From an uncultured virus (IMG/VR IMGVR_UViG_3300002835_000042) (Duplodnaviria > Heunggongvirae > Uroviricota > Caudoviricetes), in the IMG/VR virus record IMGVR_UViG_3300002835_000042: 56,514 nt of DNA, one strand, 5' to 3'. The position numbers and the translations under genes are program-made. Below, in pieces: positions 48,492-56,440 of the stretch; position 1 is the first letter of the stretch; each line of letters opens with the position of its first letter. The notes under the pieces were generated by a model. That model saw nothing but the letters and a program-made list of their open reading frames with translations. It was not told the origin of the DNA and made no database searches.

Positions 48492-48731
48492 TTAATTATA
48501 CGGGTTAGAGTTGATTTTTACAACCTCACGGGGTGTGACCTTAATCACAGGCTCGTAGTCAGGGGTAGGATCCTCATCCACATGGGTAACAGTTGCATCC
48601 CATTTGCTTAATAGGATTACATGAGATGATGCATGGCAAATACAGGCGGGATCAATCTGAGGCTCAACAGATGCAGTAATCTCTATAAGAGCATCACAGT
48701 CTGTACATAGATAAGTAAACTTAGTCCACAT
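48492..48731 (-). CDS. hypothetical Zn-binding protein
   Basis: CTDC...CIC. Confidence 0.5.
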   Translation of the reverse strand: MWTKFTYLCTDCDALIEITASVEPQIDPACICHASSHVILLSKWDATVTHVDEDPTPDYEPVIKVTPREVVKINSNPYN

Positions 48732-49033
48732 TATTCTCCCCAATACTTTACAATAGTTTCCATTGTGATATGTAGGTTGCAGTCACAGGGCTCTCCACCC
48801 ATGTTCTCTTCAAATTCAAAGTGCGATAGGTTGTCCTCGTAGATTTCGCATACGAGTTCGTTTATGGTGTATGGTTTGTATGTTTGGGTCATGTATTAAT
48901 TATTGCAGAAAACCTGGGAAATGTCAAGCCTATCGTAAAGATTTTTGGTTTTGACATTTTTGGGGATTTATAATAGTCTTCGTAAAGATTTTTAGATTTG
49001 ACATTTTTATATGCATGTGCCGGGGCGCATTTG

Positions 49034-49109
49034 CGATTCCGATGGGATTTGAACCCACGATCTCTACAGTGACAGTGTAGCGATTTAAACCAGACTAATC
49101 TACGGAACC
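49034..49109 (-). tRNA. tRNA-Asp(GTC)
   Basis: CTACA-CTGTCAC-TGTAG; GGTTCAAATCC; acceptor GGTTCCG/CGGAATC. Confidence 0.9.
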
Positions 49110-49116
49110 AATTGGT

Positions 49117-49143
49117 GAGCAGTTTTTATTCTTGCTCAGGAAT
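49117..49143 (-). ncRNA. H-type pseudoknot element, copy 3
   Basis: ATTC-CT-GAGCA-A-GAAT-AAAAAC-TGCTC. Confidence 0.7.
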
Positions 49144-49152
49144 TTTTTTTAT

Positions 49153-50169
49153 TTATGCAATCTGCAAAACATTTTGCACAACTTTTAGCAGACGATTTTT
49201 TTCTGCATTGATAGCAGGGTCAAAACCGCTTGCGCTTGCAAGAATTGATTCGTTAGAACCACCACGAGCAGAGCGATACCAATCAAGGCGTTCTGTTAGT
49301 GCATTGAAAGCACCCCAAGCGTTTCCAGCAATCATGCCATTGAATTCGCCTGTGTAGATGTCATTGATAACATCAACCTTGTTTTCCCACTTCTTGAAAG
49401 CACCCTTAGAATCTTTCTCAGGCTTAGGATAAGCAGCGAGAATGATGTCATTGAATTGCTGAGCGGATACTTCTTTCTGAATCATAGCGTTAGCCATAAC
49501 ATCAAAAGAATCCATGTACTTATGGGCAAGACCCAAAGTTTCACGAGCAACGGCAACCTTACCAGAAGCGGTCTGAGTGTGGCGAATCTTGAAAGATTGC
49601 TTGACACCATTCTTTTTCTTGAGTGAGCCAAGTGCAAGATTGAGAGTGTTAGCGCACACAACACGAACAGGTGTAATGCTTGCTTGAATAGCGATTGAGC
49701 CGTCATGTGATGTATTGATAAGTAAATAAGTCTTGACCTTATCTGCAACACCGCTAGGGTCTAGAATTGTTTCACGCTCTAGTGCTAATGCACCGAACAC
49801 GACACGACCACCCTTGATTGAGCCAGCCGTTTCCCAACGACCTCCGCCGTCTAGAATGTTATCACCGAATGAAAATAAATCTTCGTTCTGCATAACATGA
49901 TAACGCTCACCAACGACACCAAGAATGTCGGTCTGAGAGTTGTCAGTAGGATTGGTACGCAATACATACTGATAGTTTTTATCGCTTGATAAATGTGAGG
50001 GGGTTTCCAAATCTTCCAGACGAACATTCCAATTAGAAAGATTAGCCAAATCTAACATTTCTTTTGTTGTTTTTTCTTCTGTAAATACGGTACCCAATCC
50101 ATGCCAAGCGGGTTCACGAAATGATGCGAATGAAGCCTTACCATTTTGTGTTTCGATTTCATGTGCCAT
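49153..50169 (-). CDS. DUF932 family phage/plasmid protein (TIGR03299-like)
   Basis: MAHE..REPAWHGLG, ETAGS..GG, YLL..SHDGS, TPVRVVCANTL, RHT. Confidence 0.85.
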   Translation of the reverse strand: MAHEIETQNGKASFASFREPAWHGLGTVFTEEKTTKEMLDLANLSNWNVRLEDLETPSHLSSDKNYQYVLRTNPTDNSQTDILGVVGERYHVMQNEDLFSFGDNILDGGGRWETAGSIKGGRVVFGALALERETILDPSGVADKVKTYLLINTSHDGSIAIQASITPVRVVCANTLNLALGSLKKKNGVKQSFKIRHTQTASGKVAVARETLGLAHKYMDSFDVMANAMIQKEVSAQQFNDIILAAYPKPEKDSKGAFKKWENKVDVINDIYTGEFNGMIAGNAWGAFNALTERLDWYRSARGGSNESILASASGFDPAINAEKNRLLKVVQNVLQIA

Positions 50170-50201
50170 GAGTTTTCTCCTTTTGTTGTTGTTGAATTTC
50201 A

Positions 50202-50223
50202 AGTATAGCAGTATGGGCTGACA
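50202..50223 (-). promoter_or_regulatory. RecA-NDp/PafBC-type promoter
   Basis: TGTCAG-cccatactgc-TATACT. Confidence 0.7.
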
Positions 50224-50335
50224 AATGCAAATCGGGATAGTTAAACATGGACAAATTGGACATTTCTTAAAGTGATCTTAATCACACGGCGTGTCGCTTG
50301 ACAAATCAAAGTTTGCGGGGCCGGAAATTTTTATT

Positions 50336-50364
50336 GAGCAGTTTACATGGCCGTGCTCAGGGCC
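50336..50364 (-). ncRNA. H-type pseudoknot element, copy 4
   Basis: GGCC-CT-GAGCA-C-GGCC-ATGTAAAC-TGCTC. Confidence 0.7.
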
Positions 50365-50410
50365 CTTGCCTAGTTTAGAGACATTCGACATGTCTATTAG
50401 TAGCCCCCTA

Positions 50411-50833
50411 CTAAATGTCTACTCTATCAATTGAGGATGATAGATAAGAAATTGAATCACTGTTGTAGTCGACGGTATCAAAATCAATATCGTGAATTGC
50501 ATTCTGTGCTTCTTCTTCATTACGTGCATTAACTGTAACCGAGTACATTACTGTAACTTCTACTTCAAATTCTTTTGTTAAATCAAATCCGCAAATCATT
50601 GCAATTTCTTCCGCCTGTGATTCTGTGATATCGCTAGCGTCCAAGGCCTCTAAGGTCCACTCTTGCATTTCATTACGCATACGGTTACGCTCTGCAGCCT
50701 CACCATATGAGCGCTGAGTTACTTTTTGAATGTGCTCGTGTAGTTGCTGAATTTCTACCTTAGCACTTTCGATTTGTGACTTAAGAAAGTCTTCTGTTGC
50801 ATGTACTACTGGTGTTTCTATTGACTGGTCCAT
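50411..50833 (-). CDS. acidic hypothetical protein
   Basis: 140 aa; GAAAGAGG RBS. Confidence 0.6.
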   Translation of the reverse strand: MDQSIETPVVHATEDFLKSQIESAKVEIQQLHEHIQKVTQRSYGEAAERNRMRNEMQEWTLEALDASDITESQAEEIAMICGFDLTKEFEVEVTVMYSVTVNARNEEEAQNAIHDIDFDTVDYNSDSISYLSSSIDRVDI

Positions 50834-50865
50834 GGGGGCCTCTTTCTGTTAGTTGGTTTAAATTA

Positions 50866-50887
50866 ATTATACTAGGTACCGCTGACA
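50866..50887 (-). promoter_or_regulatory. RecA-NDp/PafBC-type promoter
   Basis: TGTCAG-cggtacctag-TATAAT. Confidence 0.7.
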
Positions 50888-50978
50888 AATTATAGGATCC
50901 CCAGGGAACACTTGCTAACCATAGCGTGGAGCGCAGGGGATAATGAGTGGGGCTTTTACACCCCACCCAATTATTTAA

Positions 50979-51470
50979 TTAAAGACTTACAAAGACTATA
51001 ACAAATACCAAAATGGAAAGAGTAATGGCATTTCGCACAAACTTCCTTTGCGCCTCTTTGCGGTTTTTCTCTAATTGGGCAGACTGTTCTTCAGGAGTAA
51101 GTCTGTCAAAGGCTTCTTGTGCTTCCTTTAATTGTTGAACTCGTGCAAGCCTATCTGCTTCTTTTCTTTCTGCTCTTTCTTTCTTAGCCTTTGCATATGC
51201 CGCATCTATTTCTTCCTTTGTGCAAGGGTATTGTTCAACTGAGTATCCTAAGACATCTCTTACTTGAGCCAAAAGGTTGGGCTCTGTTGCTCCGTTTTTA
51301 ATATTGTCCCAAGAGTTGCCCCATTCTTCGCTCCACTTTTCCCATTCAAATCTTTTGTATGCTTCTAAATCTTCTGCTGGGGTTTCTGACATTTCTTTTC
51401 TAATTTTGTTTTTTAATAGAACAAAATTCTCTACTGGCTTTAATATTGTGATTTCCAAATCGTTTGACAT
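50979..51470 (-). CDS. coiled-coil protein with C-terminal TM anchor
   Basis: 163 aa with hydrophobic C-terminus. Confidence 0.6.
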   Translation of the reverse strand: MSNDLEITILKPVENFVLLKNKIRKEMSETPAEDLEAYKRFEWEKWSEEWGNSWDNIKNGATEPNLLAQVRDVLGYSVEQYPCTKEEIDAAYAKAKKERAERKEADRLARVQQLKEAQEAFDRLTPEEQSAQLEKNRKEAQRKFVRNAITLSILVFVIVFVSL

Positions 51471-51498
51471 TTCATTCCTTTGTTAGTAATTTTAGGGT

Positions 51499-51525
51499 GA
51501 GCAGTTTAGCAACATACTCAGGTTG
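51499..51525 (-). ncRNA. H-type pseudoknot element, copy 5
   Basis: CAAC-CT-GAGTA-T-GTTG-CTAAAC-TGCTC. Confidence 0.7.
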
Positions 51526-51537
51526 TTTATTATCTAA

Positions 51538-51960
51538 TTATAGATAACGAGCAACTGCGTTGTAGGTAGAAGTATTGACTACTTCCTCATCTGTCATCTT
51601 TAGGATACGAATTGCGTTAGACATTTCCTCTTTTTGAGAGTTGTATTCGTGGCGGTGGATTTGCTCAAAACCACGCTCAGGCTCTTTTGGAAAGTCTGTG
51701 CCATTTGTTTTGATGTCAAAATCAACATTGAGGCTTTCGTTCCAAGAACGATAGTTAGTTCTGATGTTGTCAGCCTTGCTAAATTGAGCAACTGCCCACT
51801 TAGCAATTTCCTTCTGCCACTTCTCGTATTGCTTTTGATACTTTGCTTCGTTCTCGTCTTGTGTTTTGTAGTTAGCCTCTAGTTCTGCTAACTTTGTTTC
51901 TAGTGCCTTGATAACTTTTACTGTGGGTATCTTTACACTAATTGCTTTTCCTCTTGACAT
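51538..51960 (-). CDS. hypothetical protein
   Basis: 140-aa ORF with RBS and promoter. Confidence 0.65.
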   Translation of the reverse strand: MSRGKAISVKIPTVKVIKALETKLAELEANYKTQDENEAKYQKQYEKWQKEIAKWAVAQFSKADNIRTNYRSWNESLNVDFDIKTNGTDFPKEPERGFEQIHRHEYNSQKEEMSNAIRILKMTDEEVVNTSTYNAVARYL

Positions 51961-51995
51961 TGGGTCTTTTTCCTTTTCTATTAGTTGGGGGTTCT

Positions 51996-52017
51996 ATCAT
52001 AGCACTTTGCTCTGACA
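51996..52017 (-). promoter_or_regulatory. RecA-NDp/PafBC-type promoter
   Basis: TGTCAG-agcaaagtgc-TATGAT. Confidence 0.7.
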
Positions 52018-52025
52018 ATTTTGGT

Positions 52026-52055
52026 GAGCAGTTTTTGTAGTCATACTCAGGACTA
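52026..52055 (-). ncRNA. H-type pseudoknot element, copy 6
   Basis: TAGTC-CT-GAGTA-T-GACTA-CAAAAAC-TGCTC. Confidence 0.7.
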
Positions 52056-52070
52056 TTAGCGTTTGCTAAA

Positions 52071-52235
52071 TTACTTGGCTGTCCAAGTTGTGTATCGTGG
52101 CTTGCCATTTACATCTAACTTGACACGAACATTTCCGTTAGCCTGTGGTGTGATTTCTGTGATGATACCACTTACCTTTGACTTTTGAGTTGTGTAGGTG
52201 TCGCCTACTTTGTAAGTTGCGGTTGCTACTGACAT
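52071..52235 (-). CDS. small basic beta-barrel-like protein (54 aa, not in the ORF track)
   Basis: MSVATATYKVGDTYTTQKSKVSG...; GAAAGAGG RBS. Confidence 0.6.
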   Translation of the reverse strand: MSVATATYKVGDTYTTQKSKVSGIITEITPQANGNVRVKLDVNGKPRYTTWTAK

Positions 52236-52332
52236 TTGTTTCCTCTTTCTGTTAGGGTTTTGCTTACTGTATAATTATGACATTTCTTGGGAAAAATGTC
52301 AAATCTAATTTGAGATTTCTCAAATAGTGAGA

Positions 52333-52503
52333 TTACTTGCTGGTCTTGACCATAGCCAAACGGCGTGAGCCATTTGCTAGAACTAGACTAACTCTGGTAA
52401 GTTTATTAGACATTGGCTCAAAACTAGCAATACGACCTGTAATGCCTGTCTTGCTTGTCGTGAATAAATCACCAATCTGATAGGTGTATCCTCCGAGGGT
52501 CAT
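52333..52503 (-). CDS. small basic protein, paralog of 52071..52235 (56 aa)
   Basis: MTLGGYTYQIGDLFTTSKTGITG...; GAAAGG RBS. Confidence 0.6.
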   Translation of the reverse strand: MTLGGYTYQIGDLFTTSKTGITGRIASFEPMSNKLTRVSLVLANGSRRLAMVKTSK

Positions 52504-52735
52504 TTGTTCTGCCTTTCTGTTATGGGGTTTTGCTTATAGTATAATTCTAGCAGAAAAATGTCAAAAATACCAATCGGGCGAGGGATTTGGGGTGTGTCCT
52601 TAATCACATCTTAAAGGTGTGTTGCGACTTGACAGATCAAACAAAACGGGCCGGGGCCTCCAAAAAATTATTGATAGAAAAATAACAGTAATAAAAAGAA
52701 TGCTAAGAACATCCATTGTGTTGAATTCATTTATC

Positions 52736-53458
52736 TCATTTCTTACTCGATGAAAAAATTATGTCGCTCTTAGAGTATACACAAAGAGAGCAAGAAACGC
52801 AAGCGCTTCCACTAGTTGAGATAAGTGGAATTTGTTTATTATTCTCAGGACACTTAGCAGCAGGCTTACCAATCATTTCTTTTATGTCTGCTTTACCAAT
52901 AGCAAAATTCTTAGCAAGGTACGCCATGCGTATGCCACTATTAATTTTTAAGTCTACTGCGGTTTTGACATTCTCGCTATCTGCAGAAAAATATAGACTT
53001 AGATTATCAATACCCTTGAGCATTAGAGCAGCAGAGGCAACACGAGTGTATACCCAGAATTGAATTTCAGGATGATTAAGGATTACAGTCTTCCATGCGT
53101 TGGTGTAATTATCATTAAAGAAATCTCCGTCCCAATGGATACGGAATAATTTAGGAGCGTCTTTTTTATTACAATCAGCAACAAAATCAATAATCATCTC
53201 ATCGATAAGAGCAACCATAGTATCATAGTTGGCGTCTTTAAGCAATGACCAATTGTGTAGCAGATTAGTTTTTACTGCGGGGAATAGTCTTTCGAGTTTT
53301 CCTGCGTAGCATACGCTTTCACAAACACTAGTGGCACCAGGGCACGAGTAAGCCTTACCAGCAGGCAATCCAAAAGTGTTGGCGATACTTGCTTGCTTTC
53401 CATTTTTTGTGACAAGGTTAGCCACCTTTCTATCTTTAGAGCGTTTTAGTTGGGTCAT
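52736..53458 (-). CDS. GP88-like (radical-SAM-like Fe-S) phage protein
   Basis: CPGATSVCESVCYA, FRIHWDGDF, WVYTR, C-terminal CP...CVSCSLC. Confidence 0.7.
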   Translation of the reverse strand: MTQLKRSKDRKVANLVTKNGKQASIANTFGLPAGKAYSCPGATSVCESVCYAGKLERLFPAVKTNLLHNWSLLKDANYDTMVALIDEMIIDFVADCNKKDAPKLFRIHWDGDFFNDNYTNAWKTVILNHPEIQFWVYTRVASAALMLKGIDNLSLYFSADSENVKTAVDLKINSGIRMAYLAKNFAIGKADIKEMIGKPAAKCPENNKQIPLISTSGSACVSCSLCVYSKSDIIFSSSKK

Positions 53459-53480
53459 GGGGTCCTACTTTCTTTTTTCA

Positions 53481-53502
53481 ATCATATCACTAGGGTCTGA
53501 CA
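53481..53502 (-). promoter_or_regulatory. RecA-NDp/PafBC-type promoter
   Basis: TGTCAG-accctagtga-TATGAT. Confidence 0.7.
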
Positions 53503-53661
53503 TTTTTTTCCTATTGTAAGTTTTCTTTGACGGAACGCTTGAGGCAGCATTAGATCTACGCAATTCCATAAGTCTGCGTAATTCCTCGGGCGTTTTCTTT
53601 TGTGTCATAAACTAATCTTAGCAGACTTCAGCAAAAATGTCAAAACGACACGCCGGGGCGC

Positions 53662-54126
53662 CTACACGGCAATTAAGTGTCGTCTTTTTCTAGTAGTTGT
53701 TGGTGCAATTGCGTGATGCATTTTGCATAACACTCTGCACTTTGCTATTTCTTGTTCTACAATTTCCCAAGGATACTTTTTGGTTTGTTGCAACATTGTA
53801 GAAACTGCTGCAAGTTTTAGTGTTGGGTTAATATGGTCAAGTTCAAGTTGTTTGTGGTCTGTAATTTTATACTCACAACCACCTTCCCACTCACAACCTT
53901 TACTCATTTTAATTCTTGCAACTTTTTGTCTTCTAACATTTCCTACAACCACCATTTTTTTTGCAGCATTGTTTTTATATGTCTTGTTGCAGTATTCACA
54001 CCAGATAGTTCCTTTTAGTTCTGGATGTTTTTCTAGGTGCTTTTCTAAAACTATTTTGTGAGATTGAGATTGTGGAGTTATCTGAATCTCACAATATGTG
54101 CAGCGAACAATAGTATTATTACTCAT
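53662..54126 (-). CDS. HNH-like endonuclease with N-terminal Zn finger
   Basis: LELDHINP...EIAKCRVLCKMHH; same family as 34565..34840. Confidence 0.65.
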   Translation of the reverse strand: MSNNTIVRCTYCEIQITPQSQSHKIVLEKHLEKHPELKGTIWCEYCNKTYKNNAAKKMVVVGNVRRQKVARIKMSKGCEWEGGCEYKITDHKQLELDHINPTLKLAAVSTMLQQTKKYPWEIVEQEIAKCRVLCKMHHAIAPTTTRKRRHLIAV

Positions 54127-54361
54127 ATGTTTCTATAAAGACATACAAAGGAATTGAATCGGTGTATGAATAAGTGGCAAACTCTAACTCATCAAACTCA
54201 TTCTTAGTCTGAATAGTCCAATTGTCTGCGGTTGAATCACTTTCAATAAACATAACCTCAACAATGTCATCACCAACTTTAATTAAATCGCCAATCATTA
54301 ACTGATCTGGCTTGAGTTCATCTGCATAAATTAGTTCCATGCTATTTATTGTATCAGACAT
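54119..54361 (-). CDS. acidic hypothetical protein
   Basis: ORF track; RBS at the end of the upstream gene. Confidence 0.5.
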   Translation of the reverse strand: MSDTINSMELIYADELKPDQLMIGDLIKVGDDIVEVMFIESDSTADNWTIQTKNEFDELEFATYSYTDSIPLYVFIETYE

Positions 54362-54362
54362 T

Positions 54363-54578
54363 TTACTTTCCTCCAACTGTTCCGTTGCGATAAAAAATCT
54401 TGGTGTGCATTTTGCCACTAGGCTCTGAGAAATTATAGGTTGCGTATTCATCTGCGAATCCCCAATCTACAATTTTATTCCATTCTGATACTGCGCTAAT
54501 TGCGTCTGAATAACGACCAACCCATTGTGGTGCAGTATCGTTATCATAGGTTGCGGTAATTGCGTATGAGTATTCCAT
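54363..54578 (-). CDS. hypothetical protein
   Basis: 71 aa; GAAAGGG RBS. Confidence 0.55.
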   Translation of the reverse strand: MEYSYAITATYDNDTAPQWVGRYSDAISAVSEWNKIVDWGFADEYATYNFSEPSGKMHTKIFYRNGTVGGK

Positions 54579-54579
54579 T

Positions 54580-54876
54580 TTAGTATTCCCTTTCAATAAG
54601 CCACGCATTTAGGTGGTGTGATTCAATAATAGACCATGCGGGGGCAGTAGTCAAACCTCTCCAAGATACGCCTTGAGGTAGTGGTATTTCTAAGTCCCAT
54701 AGTCCTAAGTCATTTACTGCGTCAATAGCCTCAATACAAGGTGCGACCATTTCTTTAGGCACTGGAGGATAGTGATTACTAGATAGGTGAATTGCTATCT
54801 GTGTTTCAATATCTAATTGGATACCTAATTCAGCAAGAGTTCCGTCTGCCATTTCATTAGCGAAATTACTTCCCAT
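54580..54876 (-). CDS. hypothetical protein
   Basis: HLSSNHYPPVP; AAGGAGG RBS. Confidence 0.6.
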   Translation of the reverse strand: MGSNFANEMADGTLAELGIQLDIETQIAIHLSSNHYPPVPKEMVAPCIEAIDAVNDLGLWDLEIPLPQGVSWRGLTTAPAWSIIESHHLNAWLIEREY

Positions 54877-54877
54877 T

Positions 54878-55117
54878 TTAGTAAGCCTCCTTGCTTCCAA
54901 AGATAGCCAATTCAGGCTCACTTAGCAAACCATTATCCCAAATAACATCTCCGTCATCATCAAGAATAATATCATAAGTATTACACTCACAAGTTTCTGT
55001 GTCGTAGTCCTCGCCATTTCCCCAATAGAGGTGTCCTCTACCTTCGCAAATAAAACAAGAGCGAATTGCGCTTAGTGCGTAGTCTAGTTTATCCATTTTT
55101 TCCTTCTTTCTGTTCAT
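54878..55117 (-). CDS. small Zn-binding hypothetical protein
   Basis: CFICEG...CEC. Confidence 0.55.
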   Translation of the reverse strand: MNRKKEKMDKLDYALSAIRSCFICEGRGHLYWGNGEDYDTETCECNTYDIILDDDGDVIWDNGLLSEPELAIFGSKEAY

Positions 55118-55123
55118 ACTGAA

Positions 55124-55145
55124 ATCCTATCAGGTAGGGCTGACA
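55124..55145 (-). promoter_or_regulatory. RecA-NDp/PafBC-type promoter
   Basis: TGTCAG-ccctacctga-TAGGAT. Confidence 0.65.
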
Positions 55146-55165
55146 TTTTCAACCCTACCAAGCCC

Positions 55166-55663
55166 TTACCAAGACGAATGGTATGAAAAGGACAAATCGG
55201 ACAATTCGGGTAGAGCAAGAATACGCTCTAATTGCTCAATAGTATTCTCTAAATCTCTCCAATACCATTGGTCGATATCCGTTCCACCAAAGAAAAATCC
55301 TTCCTGTGGTGGCAATAGGCTAGGGTCTTTATTTTCTAGCGAGTGCTTACAAATAGCAAGCAATTCAATTAGTTTATCTTGTGATACATAGTAATCACCG
55401 CAGTCGTCAATTCCTTTTTGAACATTTTTGACAAACCAAGAGTGTATCTGATTAGCCTTGCGCCAATAAGCACAAGTGACTTCTACGCTTGCGCCATAGA
55501 TATCTGTTGCGACATTGGATAACTGTGTTAGTTCCATTAGATTATTGAATTGCGGATATACCGCTTCAGGTGAGTCATAAGATAATTCATCATTATCTCT
55601 TAGTGCGTTCCAATTCACTTTTTCCAAGTGCTTCTTGGCTTGTAAATACATATCTAATCCCAT
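55166..55663 (-). CDS. conserved phage hypothetical protein
   Basis: MGLDMYL...YWRKANQIHSWF...GFFFG...YHSSW. Confidence 0.75.
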   Translation of the reverse strand: MGLDMYLQAKKHLEKVNWNALRDNDELSYDSPEAVYPQFNNLMELTQLSNVATDIYGASVEVTCAYWRKANQIHSWFVKNVQKGIDDCGDYYVSQDKLIELLAICKHSLENKDPSLLPPQEGFFFGGTDIDQWYWRDLENTIEQLERILALPELSDLSFSYHSSW

Positions 55664-55693
55664 TAGTTTTCCTTTCATTAGGTTTAGGCTTCT

Positions 55694-55715
55694 AGCCTAT
55701 CATCTCCTACTGACA
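55694..55715 (-). promoter_or_regulatory. RecA-NDp/PafBC-type promoter
   Basis: TGTCAG-taggagatga-TAGGCT. Confidence 0.65.
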
Positions 55716-55813
55716 TTTTCAATTCGACACGCCGTAAAATCTGGGGGAATCTTAAAATGTGTCGTAAATCACCCTGTGTATAACCCTGTGGAAGACACGC
55801 CGGGATTTTTGTT

Positions 55814-55839
55814 GAGCAGTTTTAGATCATGCTCAGGAT
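55814..55839 (-). ncRNA. H-type pseudoknot element, copy 7
   Basis: ATC-CT-GAGCA-T-GAT-CTAAAAC-TGCTC. Confidence 0.65.
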
Positions 55840-55944
55840 TTGAAAACTAGAATCCGTTTTCTTTTATATCTTGAATTGCTAATCGCAATAAATAAAATGT
55901 TGAAATTAGCAAAGCAAGTTGCACTAGTGTTGTTAGAAATCTGC

Positions 55945-56145
55945 TCATGCGTCTACCTCAATTTTTTTGTAGCAAGCAAGAGCAAATTTATTTGCGTCAA
56001 ATCTTTCATTATCACTTTCAAACATTAGAGAAAATTCATCTACTAAGTCAGCAAATAACATTTCTCCTTGTTCATCAAAAACAGATGTAGCAAAATAATT
56101 GCTAAGAATTTCAGCAGTTTTGACATAGTCTTTTCGTGTCATCAT
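55945..56145 (-). CDS. hypothetical protein
   Basis: MTRKDY...DNERFD..KF..AC. Confidence 0.65.
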   Translation of the reverse strand: MMTRKDYVKTAEILSNYFATSVFDEQGEMLFADLVDEFSLMFESDNERFDANKFALACYKKIEVDA

Positions 56146-56233
56146 TTATGATTACACTCGCTTTCTATTTCGTGTCCAAATTCATCTACTAATTCCTCGT
56201 AGATTTCATCAAGGTAGTCTAAGTAATCGCTCA

Positions 56234-56440
56234 TTATTCGGCCACCTTTAGGACCGCCCACGAATTGCCTTTATTTACTTCATCAAGAGCAGGCTTTAGA
56301 GCAGGCGCTATCAATTCTTTTAGCAGACTTTCAAGAAAGTGAATTTGCACTTCACTATCTAATTGTAAAAGTTGCATAGCAGTTGGATGAGTTTCATCTA
56401 CCTCAGTTATGAAGTGGAGAGAGTGTTGAATTGTTTTCAT
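56234..56440 (-). CDS. hypothetical protein
   Basis: 68-aa ORF. Confidence 0.5.
   Translation of the reverse strand: MKTIQHSLHFITEVDETHPTAMQLLQLDSEVQIHFLESLLKELIAPALKPALDEVNKGNSWAVLKVAE

Noticed and set aside
54339..54360. TGTCTG-N10-TAGCAT as a ninth PafBC-type promoter
   Set aside because: Mismatched hexamer and it overlaps a probable start codon; ambiguous, so not counted
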